This document shows, piece after piece, positions 9,162-18,680 of a DNA stretch of 64,000 nucleotides. Each line of letters opens with the position of its first letter. Position 1 is the first letter of the stretch. A model generated the notes under the pieces. The model was not told the DNA's origin. It did no database searches and worked only from the letters and a program-made list of their open reading frames with translations. The stretch is from an uncultured Prevotellaceae bacterium (GTDB lineage: Bacteria > Bacteroidota > Bacteroidia > Bacteroidales > Bacteroidaceae): positions 16,831 through 80,830 of the forward strand of contig CADCHG010000003.1 in assembly GCA_902801155.1 (NCBI GenBank). Direction: 5' to 3'. The position numbers were made by a program, and so were the translations under genes.

Positions 9162-9767
9162 ATGGAAGAAAAGGAAATAAACATAGAGGAACTGCTGAAA
9201 AAGGCTGAGAATGAGCAGGAAGCAAAGGCTCCTGAGTCTGAAGAGAACGTTAACGCTGAGGCTGCGACTGACACAAATGTCACAGAAGAAGAGACAAAGA
9301 CTGACGAAGAGTCAGCACCTGCTGACCCTTTGGCAGAACTCCAGAATCAGGTAGAGGAACTCAAGAAGGAAATGCTCTACAAGCAGGCTGAGTTCGAGAA
9401 CTACCGTAAGCGTACTATCAAGGAGAAGGCTGAGCTTATCCTCGGTGGTGGTGAGAAGACCATCAAGGAGATTCTGCCTGTGCTCGATGATTTTGAGCGT
9501 GCTCTTGCCGATAAGACAGAAGACCCTAATGCTATTCGTGAGGGTATGCAGCTTATTTTCAACAAGTTCGTTTCTACACTCGAGAAACTGGGTGTGAAGA
9601 AGATCGAGACTGAGGGTGCAGACTTCAATGTGGATTTCCATGAGGCTATCGCACTTGTTCCGGGACTTGGTGATGAGATGAAGGGTAAGGTTATCGATTG
9701 CACAAAGACCGGTTACATGCTCAATGATAAGGTAATACGTCACGCACAGGTAGCTGTGGGTCAGTAA
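9162..9767 (+). CDS. grpE: Nucleotide exchange factor GrpE
   Basis: AEFENYRKRT, LPVLDDFERA, FHEAI, GYMLNDKVIRHAQV. Confidence 0.97.
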   Translation: MEEKEINIEELLKKAENEQEAKAPESEENVNAEAATDTNVTEEETKTDEESAPADPLAELQNQVEELKKEMLYKQAEFENYRKRTIKEKAELILGGGEKTIKEILPVLDDFERALADKTEDPNAIREGMQLIFNKFVSTLEKLGVKKIETEGADFNVDFHEAIALVPGLGDEMKGKVIDCTKTGYMLNDKVIRHAQVAVGQ

Positions 9768-9788
9768 TATAAGGAAAGGGAGAATTTT

Positions 9789-10955
9789 ATGGCAAAAAGA
9801 GACTATTACGAGGTGCTTGGCGTTGATAAGTCGGCAAGCGCAGCAGAGATAAAGAAAGCCTACCGTAAGTTGGCTATCAAGTATCATCCTGACAAGAATC
9901 CTGGCAACAAGGAGGCTGAGGAGAAGTTCAAAGAGGCTGCTGAGGCGTATGCTGTGCTTTCTGATGAGCAGAAGCGTCAGCAATATGATCAGTTCGGTTT
10001 CAACGGTCCTAACGGCTTTGGCGGAGACGGTGGCTTTGGTGGCTTCGGAGGTGGATTCTCTATGGATGACATCTTCTCAGCATTCGGCGACATCTTCGGA
10101 GGTCATAGCGGCTTCGGAGGTGGTTTCGGCGGCTTCGGCAGAGGTGGTGGTCGTCAGCAGCACCGTGGAGCAGACCTTCGTCTGAAGGTGAAGCTTACTC
10201 TGCAGGAGATTTCAACAGGTGTTACGAAGAAGTTCAAGGTTCGTAAATACGTTACCTGTGATTGCTGTCACGGCTCTGGTGCAGAGGCTGGTAGCGGTAC
10301 AGAGACTTGTAACACATGTCACGGCTCAGGCTATGTGGTTCGCTCAAAGCAGAGCATTTTTGGAATGATGCAGACACAGAGCCCTTGTCCTACTTGTGGT
10401 GGCGAGGGTACTGTAATCAAGAATAAGTGTAAGAAATGTAACGGCGAGGGCGTTGTCCTTGGCGAGGAAGTAGTTGAGGTCAACATACCTGCAGGTGTTC
10501 AGGACGGTATGGTTGTGAATGTTGCAGGCAAGGGAAATGCCGGCAAGCGCAATGGCGTGAACGGAGATATTCAGGTGTTCATCACAGAAGAGCAGAACGA
10601 TGTGTTTGTTCGTGACGGCAACGACTTGATTTACAATCTCTTGCTCGACTTCCCAACAGCCGCTCTTGGTGGCGAGGTTCTTGTTCCTACGGTTGACGGA
10701 CATCAGGCAAAGGTTACGATACAGCCAGGTACTCAGCCTGGTACGGTAATGCGACTTCGTGGTAAGGGACTTCCTGCTGTTTCCGGCTACGGCTATGGCA
10801 CAGGTGATATTCTCATCAACGTCAGCATATACGTTCCTAAGACACTCAACAAGGATGAGCGCAAGGCTATCGAGGCTCTTCGCGAGAGTGAGAACTTCCA
10901 GGGCGACAAGCAGACGAAGAAGTCAATCTTCGACAGATTCAAGAATTATTTCTAA
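9789..10955 (+). CDS. dnaJ: Chaperone DnaJ
   Basis: J domain with HPD, G/F-rich region, four CxxCxGxG repeats. Confidence 0.98.
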   Translation: MAKRDYYEVLGVDKSASAAEIKKAYRKLAIKYHPDKNPGNKEAEEKFKEAAEAYAVLSDEQKRQQYDQFGFNGPNGFGGDGGFGGFGGGFSMDDIFSAFGDIFGGHSGFGGGFGGFGRGGGRQQHRGADLRLKVKLTLQEISTGVTKKFKVRKYVTCDCCHGSGAEAGSGTETCNTCHGSGYVVRSKQSIFGMMQTQSPCPTCGGEGTVIKNKCKKCNGEGVVLGEEVVEVNIPAGVQDGMVVNVAGKGNAGKRNGVNGDIQVFITEEQNDVFVRDGNDLIYNLLLDFPTAALGGEVLVPTVDGHQAKVTIQPGTQPGTVMRLRGKGLPAVSGYGYGTGDILINVSIYVPKTLNKDERKAIEALRESENFQGDKQTKKSIFDRFKNYF

Positions 10956-10984
10956 TAAGAAATAAGGGCTAATTTATCGCCTTC

Positions 10985-11058
10985 CGGCTCGCTCCCTACG
11001 GGGGAAGTCCGATGTTGATAACATCGGAGTATGTGTCAGGAGCGGGGGGAGAGGCCGC
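10985..11058. repeat. Composite palindromic repeat (intergenic copy of the element found inside nspC)
   Basis: 31-bp core AAGTCCGATGTTGATAACATCGGAGTATGTG (11005-11035) is identical to 14245-14275; flanks CGGCTC...CCTACGG and GAGGCCGC are shared. Confidence 0.9.
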
Positions 11059-11066
11059 TTTTTAAT

Positions 11067-12332
11067 ATGAACTATTCAGAGACATTAGAATATCTATACA
11101 CAAGCACCCCCGTTTTTGAGCGAGTGGGTGCTTCTGCGTATAAGGAGGGCTTGGAGAATACCATAGCCCTTGATAATCATTTCGGTAATCCGCATACCCT
11201 TTACAAGACCATCCACGTAGCTGGAACTAATGGTAAGGGCTCAACCTCACATACCCTTGCGGCAATACTCCAGAGTGCAGGCTATCGTGTAGGACTATAT
11301 ACCTCTCCGCATCTTGTGGATTTCTCTGAGCGAATCCGCGTGAATGGAGAGCCTATAAGTCATGAGTATGTCGTTGATTTCGTGCGTGATAATAAGGATT
11401 TCTTTGAACCACTTAATCCTTCTTTCTTTGAAATCGTTACGGCTATGGCTTTCCGCTATTTCGCTGAGAAACACGTAGATATAGCCGTTGTTGAGGTGGG
11501 ACTTGGCGGTCGTCTTGATTGCACAAATATCATTTCTCCAGTCTTGTCGGTTATCACAAACATCTCATTTGACCATACAGGTTTTCTTGGTGATACTCTT
11601 GCGAAAATAGCCGTAGAGAAGGCTGGAATCATCAAGCCTAAGACTCCAGTTGTGATAGGAGAATATTTGCCTGAGACTCTTCCTGTATTCCGTCAGAAAG
11701 CTGAGGAAATGAATGCAGAACTGATACTTGCGCAGGATAGGGTAGGGCAGTATTCTGTTCCCGAATTCCAACTTAAGGGAGCGTGTCAGGAACGTAATCT
11801 TCAGACAATTCTAACGGCTGCCCATGAACTTATACGTCTTGGCATTCTCTCTGATGAAAAGCCTATACTAGAGGGCTGTGCCCGCGTCTGTGACTTAACA
11901 GGTCTTCGTGGCCGTTGGGAAACTCTCTCAGAATCACCTCTTACTATATGTGATACTGGTCATAACCTTGCTGGATGGGAATTCCTTGCTCCCCATATAT
12001 ATAAGGTGTATGAGGAAAAGAAAGCGCAGAATCCAGATACAAGGCTTCGTATAGTCTTTGGAATGGTTGATGACAAGGATATCAATTCGGTTCTTTCGCT
12101 CTTGCCGAAGGATGCTTGCTATTATTTTTGTCAGGCTTCCACCCATAGGGCTATACCTGTGGAAAAGGTGGTTGCGTTGGCTGCAGAGCATGATCTTAAA
12201 GGTAAGGGCTTCCCTTCTGTCGTGGAGGCTTATGAAAAGGCAAAGGAAGATGCCTCTGATGCTGATTTCATCTTCGTAGGAGGTAGTAGCTATGTGGTTG
12301 CTGATCTCTTGTCCTCTTCACTTTTTCAATAA
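11067..12332 (+). CDS. folC: Folylpolyglutamate synthase/dihydrofolate synthase
   Basis: HVAGTNGKGS, YTSPHL, EVGLGGRLDCTN, DTGHN. ATG 11067 preferred because the upstream ATG lies inside the repeat. Confidence 0.95.
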   Translation: MNYSETLEYLYTSTPVFERVGASAYKEGLENTIALDNHFGNPHTLYKTIHVAGTNGKGSTSHTLAAILQSAGYRVGLYTSPHLVDFSERIRVNGEPISHEYVVDFVRDNKDFFEPLNPSFFEIVTAMAFRYFAEKHVDIAVVEVGLGGRLDCTNIISPVLSVITNISFDHTGFLGDTLAKIAVEKAGIIKPKTPVVIGEYLPETLPVFRQKAEEMNAELILAQDRVGQYSVPEFQLKGACQERNLQTILTAAHELIRLGILSDEKPILEGCARVCDLTGLRGRWETLSESPLTICDTGHNLAGWEFLAPHIYKVYEEKKAQNPDTRLRIVFGMVDDKDINSVLSLLPKDACYYFCQASTHRAIPVEKVVALAAEHDLKGKGFPSVVEAYEKAKEDASDADFIFVGGSSYVVADLLSSSLFQ

Positions 12333-12408
12333 AAAAGAGACAAATCCTTGTTTTTACGGAAAAAATCACTATCTTTGCACTCAATAATAATCATTAAAAC
12401 TGTTTTCT

Positions 12409-13122
12409 ATGACACCACACATTAATGCCAAGGATGGTGCTTTTGCAAAGACCGTTCTTATGCCGGGTGATCCGCTTCGTGCAAAGCTTCTGGCAGATAC
12501 ATTCCTTGAGAATGCTGAACTCGTAACTGACGTTCGTAATATATATGGCTATACAGGCACTTATAAGGGCGTTCCTGTAAGCGTTATGGCTTCTGGCATG
12601 GGTATGCCGAGCATCGGTATCTATTCTTGGGAACTGTTCTCTTTCTATGGTGTAGAGAATATCATCCGTATAGGTTCTGCTGGTAGCTATTCTGCTCAGC
12701 TTGACGTGCTTGACGTGGTTCTTGCTAAGGAGGCTTATAGCGAGTCTTCATTTGCTAAGACTTTGAGCGGATATGATAAAGATACAATCATTCCGAGCAA
12801 GAGTGTGAATGATGTTATTATACAGGCAGCAAAGGATGCAGATATTGAGTGCAAACTTGCGCGTGTTCATTCATCTGACGTCTTCTATACTAAGGAATCA
12901 TGGCAGGATATCCATGCACGTACCAAGTGCGACTGTGTGGAGATGGAGGCTTTTGCCCTCTTCCATAATGCTAATGTCCTTGGCAAGAATGCCGCTTGTC
13001 TGCTTACCATCAGCGATTCCTTCGTGAATAAGCGAGAACTGACTTCTGACGAGCGTCAGAACTCATTTAAGAACATGATGACCGTAGCTCTTGAGGCTGC
13101 AATAAGACTTTACCAGAAGTGA
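12409..13122 (+). CDS. deoD: Purine-nucleoside phosphorylase, DeoD type
   Basis: MTPHI, MPGDPLRAK, GMGMPSIGIY, IIRIGSAG, VEME motifs. Confidence 0.95.
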   Translation: MTPHINAKDGAFAKTVLMPGDPLRAKLLADTFLENAELVTDVRNIYGYTGTYKGVPVSVMASGMGMPSIGIYSWELFSFYGVENIIRIGSAGSYSAQLDVLDVVLAKEAYSESSFAKTLSGYDKDTIIPSKSVNDVIIQAAKDADIECKLARVHSSDVFYTKESWQDIHARTKCDCVEMEAFALFHNANVLGKNAACLLTISDSFVNKRELTSDERQNSFKNMMTVALEAAIRLYQK

Positions 13123-13247
13123 AAAGTGAAGAGTGAAGAGTGAAAAATTTGAATTACCTTTTATTGCGATAATTTTATTATCGACTATAAACTGCAATAC
13201 AAACTTAAATTTTTCACTCTTCACTTTTCACTCTTCACTTTTCACTT
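13117..13247. repeat. Inverted heptamer-array element: (RAGTGAA)4 ... (TTCACTY)5
   Basis: The arms are reverse complements ending in AAATTT and enclose a ~55-bp spacer; the left arm supplies the deoD stop codon. Confidence 0.9.
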
Positions 13248-13269
13248 GAGCTATGCGAAAGTTGAAAAA

Positions 13270-14535
13270 ATGAAAGTAAATCCCGAAACATACGAAGGAC
13301 TTACTCATCCGGCATACGTGTTGGAAGAGAAGCGTCTGCGCAGAAACCTTGCCCTCATTCTTGATGTGGCTGAGCGCTCAGGTGTTGAGATAATCCTTGC
13401 ATTCAAGGCGTATGCCCTTTGGAAGACCTTCCCGATCTTCCGTGAGTATATATCAAGTACTACGGCTTCAAGTCTTTCTGAGGCTCGCTTGGCGTATGAG
13501 GAGTTTGGCGCTCCTGCACATACATTCTCTCCTGCATATACGGACTATGAGATTGATGATATTGCGCGGATGTCGAGTCATCTAACGTTCAATTCGCTTT
13601 CGCAGTATGAGCGATATCATAATCGGGCAAAGGCTGTTAATTCGGCTATAAAGCTTGGTGTACGTGTAAATCCTGAGTATTCCGAGGTGGGTACTGATAT
13701 TTATAACCCTTGTGCTCCTGGCACTCGCTTTGGCGTACTTGCTGAAGACCTTCCAGATAAGCTTCCGGCGGATATAACGGGTTTCCATTGCCATTGTCAT
13801 TGTGAGAGCGGTTCTGACGTCTTCCAACGCACTCTCGTACATATAGAGGAAAAGTTCAGTAAGTGGTTTCCGCAGCTAGAATGGATAAACTTCGGCGGCG
13901 GACATCTTATGACCCGTGCTGATTATGATGTTGAGCTACTTGTCTCTATCCTTACTGATTTCCGTAAGCGTTATCCAAACCTCAAGGTCATTCTTGAACC
14001 AGGTTCTGCCTTTGGTTGGCAGACTGGTCCTTTAGTCTCTCATGTTGTTGATATAGTAGAGAATCACGGCATTCGTACGGCTATTCTTGATGTCAGCTTC
14101 ACTTGCCATATGCCTGACTGCCTTGAAATGCCTTATCATCCTGCTGTTCGTGGGGCAGAAACTATAGAGAATGCTTTGGATCGTTTAGAGGGTGACTACA
14201 TTGGTGGCGTTAGCGGCTCCCTTCCTACGGAGAAGGGTGAGGGAAAGTCCGATGTTGATAACATCGGAGTATGTGCAAGAGGCCGCAGTTCCTTCCTCTA
14301 CCGTCTCGGCGGAAACAGTTGTCTCTCTGGCGACTGGATGTCAGCGTGGCGTTTTGATCACGAGCTTCAGATAGGTGAGACCATCATTTTTGAGGATATG
14401 CTTCATTACACCACAGTAAAGACATGTACCTTCAATGGTATAAGTCATCCTGCAATCTGTCTTTTGCGTGAGGATAACGAGCTTGTAACCCTACGTGAGT
14501 ATTCCTATGAGGATTATCGAGATAGAATGGATTGA
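13270..14535 (+). CDS. nspC: Carboxynorspermidine decarboxylase carrying an in-frame repeat insertion
   Basis: LAFKA (PLP lysine), INFGGG, LEPG, HMPDCLEMPY, GGNSCLSGD, HYTTVK motifs. Confidence 0.93.
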   Translation: MKVNPETYEGLTHPAYVLEEKRLRRNLALILDVAERSGVEIILAFKAYALWKTFPIFREYISSTTASSLSEARLAYEEFGAPAHTFSPAYTDYEIDDIARMSSHLTFNSLSQYERYHNRAKAVNSAIKLGVRVNPEYSEVGTDIYNPCAPGTRFGVLAEDLPDKLPADITGFHCHCHCESGSDVFQRTLVHIEEKFSKWFPQLEWINFGGGHLMTRADYDVELLVSILTDFRKRYPNLKVILEPGSAFGWQTGPLVSHVVDIVENHGIRTAILDVSFTCHMPDCLEMPYHPAVRGAETIENALDRLEGDYIGGVSGSLPTEKGEGKSDVDNIGVCARGRSSFLYRLGGNSCLSGDWMSAWRFDHELQIGETIIFEDMLHYTTVKTCTFNGISHPAICLLREDNELVTLREYSYEDYRDRMD

Positions 14536-14653
14536 TATAAATCAATCCGCATGGAAATAAGAATGATTTTTTCATTGTATCATTCTTTTGTTTCAAAAAT
14601 AATTACTACCTTTGCACTCGCAATTGAGAAATCAATGGCAAATATAACCAAAT

Positions 14654-14728
14654 GGTGGATGTAGTTCAGTTGGTTAGAGCGTCAGATTGTGGTTCTGAAT
14701 GTCGTGGGTTCGAGCCCCACCCTCCACC
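14654..14728 (+). tRNA. tRNA-His (GTG) with encoded G-1; CCA not encoded
   Basis: Cloverleaf: anticodon arm TCAGA-TTGTGGT-TCTGA, T arm GTGGG-TTCGAGC-CCCAC, discriminator C; upstream TACCTTTG box. Confidence 0.96.
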
Positions 14729-14731
14729 CTT

Positions 14732-14766
14732 AAAAGCGTAGGTCTTTTTTAGGACTTACGCTTTTT
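14732..14766 (+). terminator. Intrinsic terminator after tRNA-His
   Basis: AAAAGCGTAGGTC...GACTTACGCTTTTT stem with a T tract. Confidence 0.8.
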
Positions 14767-15390
14767 CTTTTTGTTTGGGAAAGAATACGTCGTTATACTT
14801 TTAATATAAGGTGAGTCGATGAATTTCCATATAAACAGATAAATCCGTTTCCTTTTCGCTTCGTATATTCTTAGAGCTTGGCTATAACGATAAGATACTC
14901 CTTGGCGATAGATGTTTGGAATATTGGAAATATGAGTCAAAAAAACTCTTGAAATATCCTTCCTGAGAATTTAATATTTCCGACCATGTGTAAGGCTGCT
15001 TGAAAATATTCGATTCTCACGCGGCGGAAAAGTTGAAAAGTTGTTGCTTATGGACAAATTTGAAGATTGAGAATTGGGAAAATATGAACAGTATTGTTCT
15101 TTAGGCGTTAGTCCTAACATCGAATATAGCACTCTATTGAAGTGTTAAATGTTCACTTTTTATCAGTTTTTTGTTCAAAATTGTTAAATTTTCTATGTTT
15201 TGTGCTTAAACGTAGTTAGAAAGCGTGTAATTTTGTGGAAGTTTGTGTTACATATTGGATAGTCTCCTTTTAAGGCTTTGAATATTAAGTGGTTATGCTT
15301 TTAAATTTTAGAAAATGTAACAAATATGAAAGTGTCAAAAATTGTGAAAAAGTGTGTTTTTTACAAATATAAAATATACCAAACAAAAAA

Positions 15391-15457
15391 TGTAACAAAT
15401 GAGTATTGTATATGTAACAGCTGGATTTGTCTAAAATATATTAAAAGTGTACCTTTG
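15391..15457 (+). promoter_or_regulatory. susC1 promoter: TGTAAC direct-repeat pair, -33 TTTG and -7 TACCTTTG
   Basis: TGTAAC at 15391 and 15413, TTTG at 15426, TACCTTTG at 15450; the same spacing occurs upstream of susC2. Confidence 0.75.
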
Positions 15458-15529
15458 TAACCAGTTTTGTAGATCAACCTAGAAAAATTTTTAAAAAAAA
15501 CCAAATTATTAACTTAAACTTATCGAAAA

Positions 15530-18500
15530 ATGCGAAAACTTGAAAAGTTGGGAACTTGGAGCAGAACATTTCTCCTCCTTTCCGTCCTTTGCTTCTTTAC
15601 AGTACTCGCTCAGGCACAGACTGTAAAAGGTGTCGTAAGAGACCAGAACGGCGAAGCTGTCATCGGAGCGACTGTTAAGGTGTTAGGTGCCAGAGGTGGT
15701 ACTGTAACTGACAACAAAGGACAGTATTCAATTGATGCGCCATCAGGTTCTATCCTCACGGTTAGCTATGTTGGTTATCTGACAAAGCAGATACGTCTGA
15801 GAGGCGAGAATATGGTTGACGTAACTCTTATGGAAGATAACACAACCCTTAATGACATCGTTGTCATTGGTTATGGTACTCAGAAGAAATCAGACCTTAC
15901 AGGTTCTGTGGCTTCTGTAAAGGCAGAGGAACTGAAAGGCCTTTCTACAACTGATGCCGGAGCTGCACTTCAGGGTAAGGCTTCTGGTGTTCAGGTCTTG
16001 AATGGTTCTGGTAAGCCAGGTGAAGGTGCTAAGATCCGTGTCCGTGGTTATTCTTCTAACTCTGATCAACTTGAACCTCTTTATATTGTAGATGGTCTTA
16101 AAGTAAGTAGCATCCAGTATCTTGACCCATCAATGATTGAGTCTATGGAAGTGTTGAAGGATGCTGCTTCTGCTGCTATCTATGGTATTGAGGCTGGTAA
16201 CGGTGTCGTACTTATCACTACTAAGAGTGGTCAAAAAGGTACAGGTACCATTAATTATACTGGTAAGTTCACTAACCAGATGTTAGGTCATACTCCAGAG
16301 CTCCTTAACGCTTCAGAGTTCAAGGACTGGATGACTATGGTGCAGGGTGCTAATAACACTATCAACAAGGATATGGAAACATATCAGAAACAGTATGGTT
16401 GGGATCCTAACACTGATACAAACTGGCTTGACGAGTTCTTTGAGGATACTTGGGCTGCACAGCACACTCTCACCTTCCAGGGTGGTAACGACCGTGGCTC
16501 TTATTTCCTGAGCACAAGCTATGTAAATCAGGACGGTATCGTTAAGGGTAACAAGGATAAGTATGAGCGTCTTACAGCTCAGATTAATGCTGACTATCAG
16601 ATCAAGGATTGGTTGAAGATCGGTACAAACACATCTATCGAGAAGTGGTCTTCACGTGGCATTTCTCAGAATGGTTATGGTTCAGCATTCGAAATGCTTC
16701 TCGTAATGGATCCTCTGACTCCTGTATATTGGACAAACCCAAGCCAGATGCTTGAGACATATCGCGATTACTACAATAATCCAGATAGTAAATATAAGCT
16801 CTATGGCGATGAGAATGGACAGTATTCAACATCTTATTTCAACCAGCGTCTCGCTGGTGGTCACCCATTCACTCAGCGTGATCGTGCTCAGCAGAAAGAT
16901 AGCGGTATTAACGTAAACGGTTCTGCTTTCATGAACATCACTCCAACGAAGTGGCTTACATTCACATCTCGTCTTGGCTATCGTCTCTGGTTCAACAACC
17001 AGACTAACTATGATGAGCCATACTATATCAATGCTCAGGGTGGTGCACAAAATGGTCGTAGGCTTTTTGATAAGAAGGGACATGGCACATTCTACCAGTG
17101 GGATAACTTCGTTAACTTCAATGAGACATTCGGCAAGCACGGTCTTTCTGCAATGGCGGGTATGTCATACCAGCAGTACGACGATGACTTCTTGCAGGTA
17201 AATATTACAGGTTCTGATATCCTCAAGGATTATGGTCCAAACTTCAGATATCCAAGGAGTGTAAAGACTGGTGGTGACACAACTATTAGTCCTGATGGTG
17301 TGACAGGTACAAGTCGTAGCCTCTCATATTTCGGTCGTTTGATTTATAACTTCGATGATCGTTATAGCTTGCAGGGTAACATTCGTACTGATGCGAAAGA
17401 TCTTTCTACACTTGGAAAGGATAATCGTTGGGGTACATTCTACTCTGGATCTGCAGCTTGGACATTCTCTAATGAATCATTCTTCAAGAATGCAGTTGAC
17501 TCAAAGATTATGTCATTTGGTAAGATCCGTGTATCTTGGGGTAAAAACGGTAGCTTAGGTCCTTTGTCTGGTCGATATGCATATACCGCAGGCCTTAATA
17601 CTAATGGCTCATGGTATAACTATGGACCAACAAATGCTGTAAATTATGGTTCTAAGCCAACTAACATTGCCAACCCAAATCTTACTTGGGAGGAATCAAC
17701 ACAGATTGACCTTGGTGCTGACTTCCGTTTCTTGAACAGTCGTCTCTCTCTCGGTGTTGACTGGTATAAGAAGCAAACCGTGGATCTTCTTCTTTCTGCT
17801 CAGATCGATAAACTCTCAGGTTTCGATTCAATGTATAAAAATGCCGGTAAGATTGAGAACACTGGTCTTGAAATCGAGCTTTCTTGGAAGGACAATATCG
17901 GTGACTTCAAGTATGGCATCTCCGCTAACATGGCAACTATGAAGAATAAGGTTATCGAGCTTAGTGATGATTGCCAGCTTATCTCAGGTGGAACTGTAAG
18001 TGGTGCTAGCCCAGCATCTATTACTTGCTATACAGAGCCTGGACACCCATTGTGGTATATGCGTGGTTATAAGTTCGCTGGAGCTGACGCAGAGGGTAAA
18101 CCTCTCTTTGAGCATTATGAAAATGGTCAGGTTACTCTTGTAAATAGTCCAACACCTTCTGATTTGACAGATATCGGTTCTGGTTTTGCTGATGTTACTT
18201 ACGGTATCACTCTTAATGCAGAGTATAAGGGTATTGACCTCACAATCTTCGGTACTGGTGCTGCAGGTAATGATGTATTCTACGGTCTCTATCGTACAGG
18301 TTACAACAATATAGCCAAGGGCGTTTACGACGACTTCAAGTCTGGCAAGTTAGGTGATGCTTCTATGGCTGCTGGTGTTGCAGAGCAGTTCTACCAGTCT
18401 TCTGCTATGGTATATGATGGTTCATACTTCAAGATCAAGCAGATTCAGCTCGGTTACACATTCCCAAAGAGCCTGACTCAGAAGGTTGCTATCGAGAATC

Positions 18501-18658
18501 TCCGCGCTTACATCTCTCTTGATGATTTCTTCACATTTACAAGCTATCCAGGTCTTGACCCAGAGACTACCACTTCTGATTATAACTGCCCAGGTCTTGA
18601 TAGAGGTGCATACCCAATCATGAAGAAGATGGTTCTTGGTGTAAGTGTTACATTCTAA
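15530..18658 (+). CDS. susC: SusC/RagA-family TonB-dependent transporter (1)
   Basis: N-terminal extension, VVIGYGTQKK, PLYIVDG, LKDAASAAIYG...NGVVLITTK, NPNLTWE, C-terminal F. Confidence 0.97.
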   Translation: MRKLEKLGTWSRTFLLLSVLCFFTVLAQAQTVKGVVRDQNGEAVIGATVKVLGARGGTVTDNKGQYSIDAPSGSILTVSYVGYLTKQIRLRGENMVDVTLMEDNTTLNDIVVIGYGTQKKSDLTGSVASVKAEELKGLSTTDAGAALQGKASGVQVLNGSGKPGEGAKIRVRGYSSNSDQLEPLYIVDGLKVSSIQYLDPSMIESMEVLKDAASAAIYGIEAGNGVVLITTKSGQKGTGTINYTGKFTNQMLGHTPELLNASEFKDWMTMVQGANNTINKDMETYQKQYGWDPNTDTNWLDEFFEDTWAAQHTLTFQGGNDRGSYFLSTSYVNQDGIVKGNKDKYERLTAQINADYQIKDWLKIGTNTSIEKWSSRGISQNGYGSAFEMLLVMDPLTPVYWTNPSQMLETYRDYYNNPDSKYKLYGDENGQYSTSYFNQRLAGGHPFTQRDRAQQKDSGINVNGSAFMNITPTKWLTFTSRLGYRLWFNNQTNYDEPYYINAQGGAQNGRRLFDKKGHGTFYQWDNFVNFNETFGKHGLSAMAGMSYQQYDDDFLQVNITGSDILKDYGPNFRYPRSVKTGGDTTISPDGVTGTSRSLSYFGRLIYNFDDRYSLQGNIRTDAKDLSTLGKDNRWGTFYSGSAAWTFSNESFFKNAVDSKIMSFGKIRVSWGKNGSLGPLSGRYAYTAGLNTNGSWYNYGPTNAVNYGSKPTNIANPNLTWEESTQIDLGADFRFLNSRLSLGVDWYKKQTVDLLLSAQIDKLSGFDSMYKNAGKIENTGLEIELSWKDNIGDFKYGISANMATMKNKVIELSDDCQLISGGTVSGASPASITCYTEPGHPLWYMRGYKFAGADAEGKPLFEHYENGQVTLVNSPTPSDLTDIGSGFADVTYGITLNAEYKGIDLTIFGTGAAGNDVFYGLYRTGYNNIAKGVYDDFKSGKLGDASMAAGVAEQFYQSSAMVYDGSYFKIKQIQLGYTFPKSLTQKVAIENLRAYISLDDFFTFTSYPGLDPETTTSDYNCPGLDRGAYPIMKKMVLGVSVTF

Positions 18659-18680
18659 TTAATTTAAATCGAATAGAAAT

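Noticed and set aside
14660-14722. U-C mismatch in the tRNA-His acceptor stem as a sign of a pseudo-tRNA
   Set aside because: All other arms, G-1, promoter and terminator are intact; single mismatches are tolerated.
14749-14940. 63-aa minus-strand ORF next to tRNA-His
   Set aside because: TTG start, ends inside the tRNA terminator, no recognisable motif.
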